The notes below the pieces were generated by a model. It had not been told where the DNA came from, ran no database searches, and saw nothing but the letters and a program-made list of their open reading frames with translations. Below, piece by piece: positions 9,083-19,183 of a stretch of DNA of 64,000 nucleotides. The DNA comes from Spirochaetota bacterium. Lineage in GTDB: Bacteria; Spirochaetota; UBA4802; UBA5550. Numbering within the stretch: position 1 is the first letter of the stretch; each line of letters opens with the position of its first letter. A program made the translations under genes and the position numbers. The DNA is taken from NCBI GenBank assembly GCA_050298055.1, contig JBNKTL010000013.1, positions 30,447 to 94,446 on the forward strand, in the 5' to 3' direction.

Positions 9083-11299
9083 ATGAACATATACGAAAAC
9101 CTCAACAAAAACCAGAAGGAAGCGGTACTCCACACTGAGGGCCCTCTCCTCATTCTCGCAGGGGCGGGATCGGGAAAGACCCGGGTCATTACCCACAGGA
9201 TAGCCCATCTCATCGGGGAGAAAAATATCAGCCCCTCCAGTATCTTCGCCGTAACCTTCACCAACAAGGCCGCGGAAGAGATGAGAAACCGTGTGACAGG
9301 TCTTATCGGCGACGCGGGAAGACATGTTTTCATCAGGACCTTCCATTCGGCATCGGTCTACATCCTGAGGCATTTCGGGGACAGGATCGGCATCCCCCGG
9401 ACCTTCACCATCTACGACTCCGCGGACCAGCAGGCCGTCATCAAGGAGATCCTCCTTAACATGAAGATAGACCCTAAAAAGATCAAGCCCTCCATGATAA
9501 ACGGGAAGATATCGGAGATCAAGAACAAGCATGCCCTGACCGATGAATCAAACCTTCACCTCCACTTTCCCGATTTTTACATGTTCGATTTCCAGGAGGT
9601 CTACAAGAGGTATAACATCGGGCTGGAAAAGCAGAACGCCCTGGACTTCGACGACCTCCTGATCAAGACAGTCAGGCTCTTCAGGGACTCGCCGGAGGTC
9701 CTGCGGCACCTGCAGAGAAGGTGGAGGTACCTCATGGTGGACGAGTACCAGGACACCAACTTCGCCCAGTATCTCATCGCCAAGTACCTGGCTTCCGCCG
9801 AACGGAATATCTGTGTGGTGGGGGACGATGACCAGTCCATCTACTCCTGGAGAGGGGCGGACATCCGGAACATCCTCAACTTCGAGAACGACTACAACGA
9901 AGCAAAGGTCATAACCCTGGAAGAGAACTACCGCTCAACGGAACCGATCCTGAAAGTCGCTTCCCATGTGATCCGGAACAACATGAACAGGAAGGAGAAG
10001 AACCTCCGGGCCTTTAAGGGAGAGGGTGAACTTCCCGTATGGTGTGAGACTAATAACGAATACGGGGAAGCGGAATACGTGGTCAACTCAATACTCTCCT
10101 TCAAAAACCGGGAGGGGTTGAAGAACAGCGATTTTGCTGTTTTCTACCGGACCAATGCCCAGTCCCGGGTCTTTGAAGACTTCCTCAGAAAGGAGAATCT
10201 CCCCTATAAAATTATCGGGGGCCTCAGGTTCTACGACAGGAAGGAGATCAAGGACATCCTGGCCTACCTCAAGTTCATCTCCAACCCCGCGGACACGGTT
10301 TCCCTGAACAGGATCATCAACACGCCCTCACGGGGCATCGGGAACGCTACCATGGACAAGGTTAAAAACGCGTCCGTTGTAAAGTCCCTTACGCCCTGGG
10401 AGATCATCCGGGGAGAGCACCTTGAAGGGAAGGTCACCAAAGGGCTTAAAAACTTCAGGGAGATCATCAACAAGGCCCATACCCTGCTGAAAGATGTACC
10501 GGGAAAAATGAAACTCTCACGTTTTGTCAACGAAGTCATGGATATCTCAGGGTACCGTGACAGCCTCAAAGAGGAGAACTCCATCGAGGCCAATACCCGC
10601 CTTGAGAATATGGACGAACTCCTCAACAGCATTATCGATTTTGAAATACACGATCCCGAAGCGGGCCTTGACCATCTCCTCCAGGAGGTCTCCCTCTATA
10701 CATCTGAGGAGAATCCCCGGGAGGAGATCGACAACGCGGCAAATTTTGTCACGCTGATGACGGTCCACAACGCCAAGGGCCTGGAGTTCCCGGTGGTCTT
10801 TCTCTCGGGCCTGGAGGAGAATACCTTTCCTCATAAGTTCTCCATGGATACGGAGGAGGACCTGGAGGAAGAGAGAAGGCTCTTCTACGTGGGTGTCACC
10901 CGGGCAATGGAGAGGGTCATTCTCACCAGCTCCGAGATAAGAAGGTCCTTTATGGGAGTGGATTACCGGGAAGCATCACGGTTTATCGGGGAGATCCCGG
11001 AAGATCTCATTGAGATGAAGCGTTTCTCCTCAGGGGGATATTCCGAAAACGGCGGCAGCAGTTTCAGGGAGAGGAGCTTCAGGGAAACTCCACGGGAAAG
11101 GAACGATTTCGGGGAAAAGGATATTCCCGTTTCAGATTCGGATTTCAGGGTAAAGGAGAGGGTCCTTCATCCGAAATACGGGATGGGGCGGATAATCAGG
11201 ATCGAGGGGAGCGGTGACAACGTCAAACTTACCATCCTCTTCGGCTCTTCGTCCAAGGTGTTCCTTGAAAAATATACTCCCCTTGAGAAGATTAGTTAA
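9083..11299 (+). CDS. pcrA: ATP-dependent DNA helicase PcrA/UvrD
   Basis: AGAGSGKT, TFTNKAA, VDEYQD, GDDDQSIY, ENYRS, TVHNAKGLEF, EERRLFYVGVTRA; C-terminal Tudor-like RVLHPKYGMG. Confidence 0.96.
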   Translation: MNIYENLNKNQKEAVLHTEGPLLILAGAGSGKTRVITHRIAHLIGEKNISPSSIFAVTFTNKAAEEMRNRVTGLIGDAGRHVFIRTFHSASVYILRHFGDRIGIPRTFTIYDSADQQAVIKEILLNMKIDPKKIKPSMINGKISEIKNKHALTDESNLHLHFPDFYMFDFQEVYKRYNIGLEKQNALDFDDLLIKTVRLFRDSPEVLRHLQRRWRYLMVDEYQDTNFAQYLIAKYLASAERNICVVGDDDQSIYSWRGADIRNILNFENDYNEAKVITLEENYRSTEPILKVASHVIRNNMNRKEKNLRAFKGEGELPVWCETNNEYGEAEYVVNSILSFKNREGLKNSDFAVFYRTNAQSRVFEDFLRKENLPYKIIGGLRFYDRKEIKDILAYLKFISNPADTVSLNRIINTPSRGIGNATMDKVKNASVVKSLTPWEIIRGEHLEGKVTKGLKNFREIINKAHTLLKDVPGKMKLSRFVNEVMDISGYRDSLKEENSIEANTRLENMDELLNSIIDFEIHDPEAGLDHLLQEVSLYTSEENPREEIDNAANFVTLMTVHNAKGLEFPVVFLSGLEENTFPHKFSMDTEEDLEEERRLFYVGVTRAMERVILTSSEIRRSFMGVDYREASRFIGEIPEDLIEMKRFSSGGYSENGGSSFRERSFRETPRERNDFGEKDIPVSDSDFRVKERVLHPKYGMGRIIRIEGSGDNVKLTILFGSSSKVFLEKYTPLEKIS

Positions 11300-11371
11300 A
11301 GTTCTCCGCCATTTTAATCGAAATAGAGAACAGCCGGTCATACACCAGAAAATTCCCCGCTGGAGAAGATC

Positions 11372-12175
11372 ATGAAGAAACTGATACTTTTCATCCTGAT
11401 TATAATCACTCCCCTCTGTAAAACACCCAGGAAGGAGGCAGCCGTAAGTGAAAAACCTCGCAGGGACATCATTGTCCACAATCTCAAGGACTTCTTTGTA
11501 AGGTGCGAGCAGGATGTTCTGAGGGCAAAGAAGGTCATCGTGGATGAGGATATCGTGAAAAACCTCTCTCATCTTCTCAGGATGGATAACGGCGGGAAAA
11601 AATTCTATATTCTCGAACGGGAGAATATAACCAGGATGATCAGGTCCGTTACCAGGGGCGTCTACACGGATTTCATACTCATAAACCGTAAGGGCGTGGT
11701 CATCTATACGGCGGTGAACAACGATATCTTCGGAAAAAACGTCAGGTCCCATCTGAAGAGTACTCCCCTCTTTCACTGCTACAACAACATAAAGGAAGGG
11801 ATCTACTTTCACGACATATCAACACTCTCCCCGGAGATCGAGAGAAACTCGCTCTTTGTGGCAATAAAGGCAAAGGGGGGGATATCCTTCCCGGGCCTCT
11901 TTGTGCTTCAGGTGAGCACCGGAAAACTTACAGGCTACATGGAGAGGGGAAGCTTTGCCTTAAGCATGGACGGGGTCTACAGGCTCTCCCGGGACCCCGA
12001 AAAGATCCAGTCATCATATGAAGACTTCAATTTCATGAACCTCTCCGGTCACGCTCCGGGGAGTACCGCGCATACATATAAAAACAGGAAGGGGATAAAG
12101 TTCATCTACCGTCCCTTTACCCACAGGAACATCAACTGGATGATCGTCTCGGAGTCCCTGAACGGGAACGGGTGA
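11372..12175 (+). CDS. Exported Cache-like sensor-domain protein
   Basis: Signal peptide; YTDFILINRKGVVIYT..NDIFGKN resembles a dCache segment; no output domain. Confidence 0.6.
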   Translation: MKKLILFILIIITPLCKTPRKEAAVSEKPRRDIIVHNLKDFFVRCEQDVLRAKKVIVDEDIVKNLSHLLRMDNGGKKFYILERENITRMIRSVTRGVYTDFILINRKGVVIYTAVNNDIFGKNVRSHLKSTPLFHCYNNIKEGIYFHDISTLSPEIERNSLFVAIKAKGGISFPGLFVLQVSTGKLTGYMERGSFALSMDGVYRLSRDPEKIQSSYEDFNFMNLSGHAPGSTAHTYKNRKGIKFIYRPFTHRNINWMIVSESLNGNG

Positions 12176-12336
12176 TCAAGACCACATATAAGAACAGAGG
12201 AACCAGAGACTATATTAATAGTACCAGACCAGACAACATTTTTTTTCTCACCAAAACAATTTTTGAAAAAGTTGTTGTATATATTGTAAAATCTACAAAA
12301 CAATGGATATTACATATTAAATAAAATAATTAAAAC

Positions 12337-14079
12337 ATGATAACAAGAATTTATATAAAAAATTTCAAAAGGTTTGATGAAGCCAGCATTGATATCGGAA
12401 AATCTGTTGTATTAATTGGACCCAACAACTCGGGGAAAACAACTGCATTACAAGCTTTAGCACTTTGGGAAATTGGATTACGACGTTGGATTGAAAAGCG
12501 TCAAGGTAAATCAATAAAAACCCAAAGACAAGGTGTGGTTATTAACAGACGAGATCTTTCATCTTTACCTGTACCTGTAGCAAACCTGCTTTGGCGTGAT
12601 TTACATGTCAGAAATGTAGAACGTGACGAAGGAAAACAAAAAACACAAAATATTCGAATAGATATTCTTGTAGAAGGCATTACCAACGATAAAACTTGGT
12701 CATGTGGTTTAGAGTTTGATTATGCCAATGAAGAATCTTTTTATTGCAGACCTCTTAGATTAAATGATAATGATCCAATAGAGAGAATGCCAATAGCTGA
12801 GTCTGCTTTAGAGGTCGAAGTTGCTTTTTTACCACCCATGTCTGGATTAGCAGACCGAGAATTTATCAAACAATCAGGAGAAATCAGTGTATTAGTTGGA
12901 CAAGGACAAACTGCACAAGTTTTACGAAATTTATGTTATAGTGTTTGTTACCCAGGAGAATTAATATCACCATCTTCTGAATGGGATGAATTAACACAAC
13001 ATATAATACGCTTATTTGGAATTAAACTTCTTCCACCAACATTGATACAGGAAAGAAGTGAAATTACAATGCATTATATTGAAGAATCAGGTAAAGGAGT
13101 GAAACTTGATCTTTCATCGGCCGGGAGAGGTCTACAGCAAACTTTATTAATACTTGCTTACTTGTACGCCAACCCAAAAACAGTCTTATTATTGGATGAA
13201 CCCGATGCTCACCTTGAAGTTTTACGTCAACGTCAAATTTATCAATTGATAAATGATATTGCTAAAAATAATGGTTCACAAGTAATTGCCGCCAGCCATT
13301 CAGAGATAATTTTTAATGAAGCTGCAAATCAAGGACTCGTTATTGCTTTTGTCGGAAAACCTCATATAATAAATGATCGAGGTTCTCAAGTAATGAAAGC
13401 TCTCACCGATTTAGGTTGGGAACAATATTATCAAGCCGAACAAACTGGTTGGGTACTCTATTTAGAGGGATCGACAGATTTAGCAATTATAAAAACATTT
13501 GCTCGAAAATTACAACACCCTGTAGAACAATTCTTAGATATGGCTTTTGTTCATTATGTTTCTACAAATTTACCACAAAAAGCACGCGATCACTTCTTTG
13601 GTCTTTGCGAAGCAAAATCTGATTTAATTGGCATAGCTTTGTTTGATAGACTCGATAAAGAATTGAAATCAACTGATCGTTTGATAGAAATTATGTGGGA
13701 AAAAAATGAGATTGAAAATTATATTTGCACTAAAGATATTCTACTCGAATGGGCTGTTCATAATATACCAGATGATTTATTTGGACAAGCGGAGATTCGA
13801 CATAGGCGAGAAGTGATGCAAAAAGCCATAGAAGATGTAACTCATTTACTAGAAATTGATGAGAAATCCCCATGGTCAAATGAAGTAAAAGCAACAGATG
13901 AAGTTTTAGATCGCATATTCCGTATTTTCTTTAAAGAGTTAAATTTACCTTTAACATTTCGAAAAGTTGATTATTACAAACTTACAGATTTTATTGGAAA
14001 AAATAATATCGATAAAGAAGTTATTGAAAAACTCGATTTAATATATTCTGTAGCAAACAAAGCTGTTTCAAAATTTTGA
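12337..14079 (+). CDS. ABC-type ATPase with C-terminal TOPRIM-like domain (OLD-family-like ATP-dependent nuclease)
   Basis: IKNFKRF, GPNNSGKT (Walker A), SAGRG, LLLDEPDAHL (Walker B), ASHS; TOPRIM-like YLEGSTD, DRLD, EIENY. Confidence 0.8.
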   Translation: MITRIYIKNFKRFDEASIDIGKSVVLIGPNNSGKTTALQALALWEIGLRRWIEKRQGKSIKTQRQGVVINRRDLSSLPVPVANLLWRDLHVRNVERDEGKQKTQNIRIDILVEGITNDKTWSCGLEFDYANEESFYCRPLRLNDNDPIERMPIAESALEVEVAFLPPMSGLADREFIKQSGEISVLVGQGQTAQVLRNLCYSVCYPGELISPSSEWDELTQHIIRLFGIKLLPPTLIQERSEITMHYIEESGKGVKLDLSSAGRGLQQTLLILAYLYANPKTVLLLDEPDAHLEVLRQRQIYQLINDIAKNNGSQVIAASHSEIIFNEAANQGLVIAFVGKPHIINDRGSQVMKALTDLGWEQYYQAEQTGWVLYLEGSTDLAIIKTFARKLQHPVEQFLDMAFVHYVSTNLPQKARDHFFGLCEAKSDLIGIALFDRLDKELKSTDRLIEIMWEKNEIENYICTKDILLEWAVHNIPDDLFGQAEIRHRREVMQKAIEDVTHLLEIDEKSPWSNEVKATDEVLDRIFRIFFKELNLPLTFRKVDYYKLTDFIGKNNIDKEVIEKLDLIYSVANKAVSKF

Positions 14080-14090
14080 AATATCCTCCA

Positions 14091-14501
14091 TCAGCCCAGG
14101 TTGTCGCCCTTTGAACTCATGCTGAGGCTGGAATTCTTCACGCCCCGAAGGACCTTGAGTTTCTGGGAGAGCTCCTGAACCCGGGTGGAGGTCCCTTTGA
14201 CGATGATCACTTCCAGGCAGTTGTCATGGTCAACATGGATATGGGTGGAGGAAACAATAAATGAATGGTAGTCGTGCTGGAGTTCGGTTATCTTCTCCTG
14301 GATGTTATGGAGATGGTGGTCGAAAACCAGTGTAATGACACCGAAAACCTCCCTGTCCTCAGTCCACTCATCCAGAACAAGGGCGTCACGGATCAGGTCC
14401 CTGATGGCCTCGGAGCGGTTCATGTAGCTCTTCTTTCCGATATAGCTGTCAAACTTATCCAGCAGACTCTCTTCAAGTGATATGGAAAAACGCTTTAACA
14501 T
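14091..14501 (-). CDS. nikR: Nickel-responsive transcriptional regulator NikR
   Basis: RHH start RFSISLEESLL...NRSEAIRDLIR; QHDYH, THIHVDHDNCLEV. Confidence 0.95.
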   Translation of the reverse strand: MLKRFSISLEESLLDKFDSYIGKKSYMNRSEAIRDLIRDALVLDEWTEDREVFGVITLVFDHHLHNIQEKITELQHDYHSFIVSSTHIHVDHDNCLEVIIVKGTSTRVQELSQKLKVLRGVKNSSLSMSSKGDNLG

Positions 14502-14570
14502 TTGGTTACCACAAATCGTAATTTTGTATTTCTCTCATCCATTCCCTCTTTTTGTCAACGACAAATATAT

Positions 14571-15338
14571 TTAACTCTGTGAAAAGATCATGGCCGCGCC
14601 GTAGGCCACGGTAAATTGAGGGGACGGCAACACATGAACATGTGTAAGCAGTTCATTTTCAATGCACCGGACCAGTCCCGGGTTCATGGCAGGCCCCCCG
14701 TCAATATAGATATTTTCACCAAGGTCCATATTCCCGATCATGTTCACAACCCGTTTTGCCACGGATTCATGGAGCCCTTTGATGATTTTCTCTTTACCCG
14801 TTCCCTCCGCCAGAAGCGACACGATTTCACTTTCCGCGAAAACCACGCAGGTACTGTTTATTGAAACAGATGAACCGGGATTCAGGCTTAAATCCCCGAA
14901 CCGGGAAAGGGGTGTATCGATAATTCTGGCCGCTATTTCAAAAAACCTGCCGGTCCCGGCGGCACATTTATCGTTCATTTTAAAGTCCGCCACCTTCCCC
15001 CCGGGAGAGATCCTGATGACTTTGACGTCCTGGCCGCCGATATTAATGATCGTGTGGGCCTTTTGACCGCTCAGGAGATATGCCCCGCAGGCGTTGGCGG
15101 ATATTTCATCCACAACATTGTCCGTGCCGGCGATGAGCTTTCTCCCGTAACCGGTGGCAAAAATATTTTCCACGCATGACCTCTCCCGGGAAAGTTCCCG
15201 GAGCCCTTCGGATATCATTTTTTCAACAAGCTCCCCCTGGCCGGGAATTGTGGGAGAGACCTCTTCCCTGAGGATCTCACCATCCCGGATAAACACCATC
15301 TTTACGGCAGTGCTTCCAATATCAACACCTATCTTCAA
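14571..15338 (-). CDS. ASKHA-family ATP-dependent activase (2-hydroxyacyl-CoA dehydratase activator / DCCP-R-like)
   Basis: GVDIGSTAVK, TGYGR, IGGQDVK, MNDKCAAGTGRF, CVVFAESEIVSL. Confidence 0.93.
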   Translation of the reverse strand: MKIGVDIGSTAVKMVFIRDGEILREEVSPTIPGQGELVEKMISEGLRELSRERSCVENIFATGYGRKLIAGTDNVVDEISANACGAYLLSGQKAHTIINIGGQDVKVIRISPGGKVADFKMNDKCAAGTGRFFEIAARIIDTPLSRFGDLSLNPGSSVSINSTCVVFAESEIVSLLAEGTGKEKIIKGLHESVAKRVVNMIGNMDLGENIYIDGGPAMNPGLVRCIENELLTHVHVLPSPQFTVAYGAAMIFSQS

Positions 15339-15356
15339 ACTGTCTTTCCTCCTTCT

Positions 15357-16583
15357 TTACAGGGTATTTTTAAATGCTTCAAGACGCGTCAGGAGACCCT
15401 GACTGTCTTCCTCCACGTAATCGGTTTCAATCTTTATAAACTTGTACCCGCGCTCTTTCAGTTCTTTTTCAAGAGAGTAACTTTCAATATCATAGGGATG
15501 GCATCCTTTCAGCACATGGTAGATAACACCGTTGATGTCATGATTTTGCAGGGTATTTAAAATTCCTTTGAGCCGGTGGTCGTTGTCCGCGTAGGTGGGA
15601 CAGATACACGCTTTATGGTACCTGTGAGCAAGGGCTTTCATGAGGCCCTGTTCCGATGTATCATCGTAACATGCCCCCCCGGGGAATATCCGCTCCGAGG
15701 AACAGAGATCGTCCGCGGCAACAGACATACCCGCTTTTTCAACGAGAGAAAGAAGTTTCAGGTTCGGGAAAACAACCGGCGCCCCCGTAAGAAAGACCCC
15801 GGGGGTGTCCGGTTGACTTTTTTCAGTTTTTAACCGTTCAATCACGGGCCTGCAATTTCCCGTCCAGGTTTCGATATTTTCAAAGGGGAAGACGTTGGCA
15901 ATTATTGTAAAGAGCAAAGCGGAGATCTTTTTCTCTCTTCTCAGTTCAATGAGTTCATTAAAGTCCTTCCATGCGGCAAGGTACCTGTTGAGCGAATGCA
16001 GCATTTCTCTGCGCCTGACTCTTTTACCCGTTATTCTTTCAAAGAGTTTTTTTAATTCAAAAAGTTCCTGCAGCCAGCGGGACTCCCCTTTCTCACTCTG
16101 TTTCATATGGGGGAGCTCAAGGAAATGAATTTTTTCCCTGTCACAGTCCGCAAGCTCCGGGAATTTCACCACCCAGTCGCATGTTGTGGGGAGTATGATT
16201 CTTTCAAAAAGATTTTTATACGAATCATGACTCTTTAATATTCCCATTGTGGATTTAATCACCGGGCATGTGAGCGCGGGCAATGTTGAAGCGGAGAGGA
16301 GCTGGGCGGCATGAGAACCGCCGCATAATTTGAAAGGCTGAAGATCAAACATATGAAAAAGTTCATGAGGTGACTGAATGCAGAAAAAACCCACAAAGGG
16401 CCGCCCGGTCCTCTCCCTGATCTTTTCGGGAAAGAGGGAATCCGCAACCGTATCAAGGAAGGGGTCCAGTTCATGGATATAGTCAGGCCTGGATTTCAAA
16501 GAATCAATCCGGGAATCACACTCCCTTTTCATCAGTTCATTGGCATTCTCCAGCAGTCTGGAATGTCTTTTATTTTTTCCCAT
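15357..16583 (-). CDS. 2-hydroxyacyl-CoA dehydratase-family Fe-S protein (double-cubane reductase-like)
   Basis: Cys motifs FCIQSPHE, LCGG, CPVIKS, TTCD, DDLCS, CICPT, GCHPYDIE; C-terminal IETDY...TRLEAF; start taken at ATG 16583. Confidence 0.88.
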   Translation of the reverse strand: MGKNKRHSRLLENANELMKRECDSRIDSLKSRPDYIHELDPFLDTVADSLFPEKIRERTGRPFVGFFCIQSPHELFHMFDLQPFKLCGGSHAAQLLSASTLPALTCPVIKSTMGILKSHDSYKNLFERIILPTTCDWVVKFPELADCDREKIHFLELPHMKQSEKGESRWLQELFELKKLFERITGKRVRRREMLHSLNRYLAAWKDFNELIELRREKKISALLFTIIANVFPFENIETWTGNCRPVIERLKTEKSQPDTPGVFLTGAPVVFPNLKLLSLVEKAGMSVAADDLCSSERIFPGGACYDDTSEQGLMKALAHRYHKACICPTYADNDHRLKGILNTLQNHDINGVIYHVLKGCHPYDIESYSLEKELKERGYKFIKIETDYVEEDSQGLLTRLEAFKNTL

Positions 16584-17514
16584 GCAGCCTTCCCCACTTT
16601 TGAGCAACGTATTTTTTTGAAGAACTGAATATCCTGAAGTTCAAAAACTTTATCTGCAGAACATTGTCCCCTGGACATGATTCGGCGCACTTCATGCAGA
16701 GCATGCAGTCGTCTTTCATGACGTCCTTTCTCTTTTTTTCAAGATAGACCTCTTTGATGTCAACGGGACACATCCGCTGGCAGTTTCCGCAGCCGAGACA
16801 GGTCCCTATGGATTTTTCAAAACGCACAAACCCGATCTTTTTGAAGATATGCATCAGGGCCAGCAGGGGACAGAACATGCAGAAAAACCTGTCTTTAAAA
16901 AAGATCCCGATGACCATGCTGCCGGTAATGACCAGGGAAAGGACCGTAAAGGAGAGGGTAATTGAATTTGTAAAATCCAGTGAAAGATATTTTGTTTCTC
17001 CCGCAAAGAGGGGCAGGAGGGGCTTTGCCGGGCAGATCTGGCAGAAGGGGAGAGCAAAATCAGTGTGGAGCCCGAAATTCGCGATAAAAACAGGGATGAG
17101 AATCAGGACTGCCAGTAAAATGTACTTGATAATCTTCAACCTCTCCCGTGTTGCCCGGGAAAATCCCGACTCCCTTATCCCCAGCTTCCTTCTCAAAGCC
17201 GTGAACCAGTCCTGCAGTGTGCCAAAGGGACAGACCCAGCCGCACCAGGTTTTAGAGAAGGGGACAAAGAGCAGAATAAAAAACAGAAATACCAGCAGGG
17301 CATTGAGTCCCCATTGCGTAAAGAAATCGGGAAACGCCAGCCCAAACCCCATACGGTTCTGCAGTGCCATAAGATAGCAGTGCCCCGCGCACCCGCCCAC
17401 ATAGGGACAGGCGAAACAGGGCAGCGAATGACCCAGGCGTATCCCCAGCCGTCCCCCGTACATGAGAATGATGAAGAAAAAATTCTGTATATAAAACCGT
17501 AATTTTCCGACCAT
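16570..17514 (-). CDS. Membrane-bound 4Fe-4S protein (NapH/MauN/YccM-like)
   Basis: WCGWVCPFG, FCQICP, FCMFCP plus two CxxCxxCxxxCP ferredoxin motifs; several TM segments. Confidence 0.9.
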   Translation of the reverse strand: MVGKLRFYIQNFFFIILMYGGRLGIRLGHSLPCFACPYVGGCAGHCYLMALQNRMGFGLAFPDFFTQWGLNALLVFLFFILLFVPFSKTWCGWVCPFGTLQDWFTALRRKLGIRESGFSRATRERLKIIKYILLAVLILIPVFIANFGLHTDFALPFCQICPAKPLLPLFAGETKYLSLDFTNSITLSFTVLSLVITGSMVIGIFFKDRFFCMFCPLLALMHIFKKIGFVRFEKSIGTCLGCGNCQRMCPVDIKEVYLEKKRKDVMKDDCMLCMKCAESCPGDNVLQIKFLNFRIFSSSKKYVAQKWGRLHGKK

Positions 17515-18368
17515 CAGACTCTCTGCCGGTTTTTTTTCCCTCTGGCCCGTATGACCAGGAAGAGGAAAAAAGCCATACTCCCCGAAACAAGGAACAAACC
17601 TGATTTAAGATCATGATACGCGTCCCGTGAGCGGTGCAGCAGGAGTGTATAGGTTCTCCTGAAGATTCTGCCGCCCCTCTTTTCTTTTATCTGAATGAAA
17701 CTGTTCTTATACGCCGCTGCCCCCCGCGTATCCAGGTCCCTGTCATGGGGAGGAATACAGGTAAATTCCCCATTACTGTCTGGTTCCAGGGATAAGACAA
17801 TTCCCTTATCAACGGCCTTTATCTCCGGATAATTTCCGGTGTCCCTCCCGGAATTGAGTTTAAACCGGTACACCCGGCCTGTCTGTGGCCAGTAGTTATT
17901 CAGAGGGGAGAGAATGCTGACTGCCGGGAAATCTTCCGGTTGGTCCGTAAGACCCTCCCTTTCCGGAGGTTTATTCGATTGTCCAAAGAGAGAAAATGAA
18001 GTCTCCGCAGTATATACGGCATTTTTCATAACTGTAAAAATCCGGACCTCAAAGAAAGATGCCTTCCCGGCTTTGATCTTTATGAGCGCCCTGTTGTCGT
18101 GAGAGAGGACTGGAAGCGAATAACAGTTTTTTTTGTCCACCCTGCAGATTGCCTTAAATTCACTGTGTCTGAAAAGGGAATAGAAGTGTTTTGAACTGCC
18201 ATTTATCCATAAGACCTGGACAACCGAACCATCCTTGTTTTTCAACTGTTTTCCGTACTCTAACCGGATATATCTCTCTTCCGGTACCTGAAAAAGTTCT
18301 GCTGAATCTGACGGATATTCAAAGAAAAGACATTGAGATATGACTATGAGTGTAAATAACTTATTCAC
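17514..18368 (-). CDS. Hypothetical exported protein with C-terminal membrane anchor
   Basis: Long ORF within the operon; N-terminal hydrophobic stretch and C-terminal TM followed by basic tail; start uncertain (GTG 18368 avoids overlap, track gives 18467). Confidence 0.65.
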   Translation of the reverse strand: MNKLFTLIVISQCLFFEYPSDSAELFQVPEERYIRLEYGKQLKNKDGSVVQVLWINGSSKHFYSLFRHSEFKAICRVDKKNCYSLPVLSHDNRALIKIKAGKASFFEVRIFTVMKNAVYTAETSFSLFGQSNKPPEREGLTDQPEDFPAVSILSPLNNYWPQTGRVYRFKLNSGRDTGNYPEIKAVDKGIVLSLEPDSNGEFTCIPPHDRDLDTRGAAAYKNSFIQIKEKRGGRIFRRTYTLLLHRSRDAYHDLKSGLFLVSGSMAFFLFLVIRARGKKNRQRV

Positions 18369-18400
18369 TGTATTCTCATTACAATGGGGACTGCTTTTTT

Positions 18401-19183
18401 TTACAGGTACTCCGGGATGGGATAAATATACGGATTCCCCGTAACCGGGTTCTTCTTCATTGAACACTCCCTGTCGAAAAGTGAACTTACCAGCTCCCCG
18501 GTCAGGCAGTCCGCCGTTTTCCCGTGGCAGAATATCCCGCCCCCCTTGAGACCCATTATGCTGCTGCAGTAATCGGAGGCCATGTTTATGTCGTGCAGGA
18601 CCGTAATAATCGTGGAGCCCTCCCGGTTCAGCCTGTGCAGCAGGTCCATGATCCGGATAGAGTGTTTAATGTCCAGGCTTGAGACCGGTTCGTCACAGAT
18701 GATGACGTCCTTGTTCTGCGCTAATGCCCGTGCCAGGCAGACCAGCTGAAGCTCACCCCCTGACAAACGGGAGAGAAGGCGGTCCTTTAAGTGGACCGTT
18801 CCGGTTATCTTCATTGAATCATTTATTATTTCCCGGTCTTCCCGGGAATTTTTTTCCCAGAAATTCAGGAAAGGGAACCTTCCCATACCGATGAAATTTT
18901 CAACCCTGAAAGGATTGATGTTCGCGAGGAACTGCGGTAAAAATGCCATTCGCCGGGCTATTTCCATCGGCTCGTATGATGAAAGTTTTTGACCGTAAAA
19001 ATCTACAGAACCCTGCAACGGCTCAAGGAGACCGGAGAGTGTCTTGAGGAATGTGCTTTTCCCCGCGCCGTTGGGGCCGATAATTCCCAGAAAATCCTTT
19101 GGGGCAACGGAAACATTTATGTTCCTCAGTACCCGGATCGTGCCGTAACCCGAGTCAAGGGAGTCAACGTCAAATATGTTCAT
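18401..19183 (-). CDS. ABC transporter ATP-binding subunit (BtuD/FhuC-like)
   Basis: GPNGAGKS, LSGGELQ, CDEPVSSLD, LHDIN. Confidence 0.93.
   Translation of the reverse strand: MNIFDVDSLDSGYGTIRVLRNINVSVAPKDFLGIIGPNGAGKSTFLKTLSGLLEPLQGSVDFYGQKLSSYEPMEIARRMAFLPQFLANINPFRVENFIGMGRFPFLNFWEKNSREDREIINDSMKITGTVHLKDRLLSRLSGGELQLVCLARALAQNKDVIICDEPVSSLDIKHSIRIMDLLHRLNREGSTIITVLHDINMASDYCSSIMGLKGGGIFCHGKTADCLTGELVSSLFDRECSMKKNPVTGNPYIYPIPEYL

Noticed and set aside
9083..14079. Gabija-like system (UvrD helicase plus OLD-like nuclease)
   Set aside because: The helicase is a full-length housekeeping PcrA with host-like codon usage, and it is separated from the AT-rich ATPase gene by an unrelated gene
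14503..14530. NikR operator upstream of nikR
   Set aside because: Only a weak GTTAC-N16-GTATT symmetry; it does not match known NikR boxes well enough
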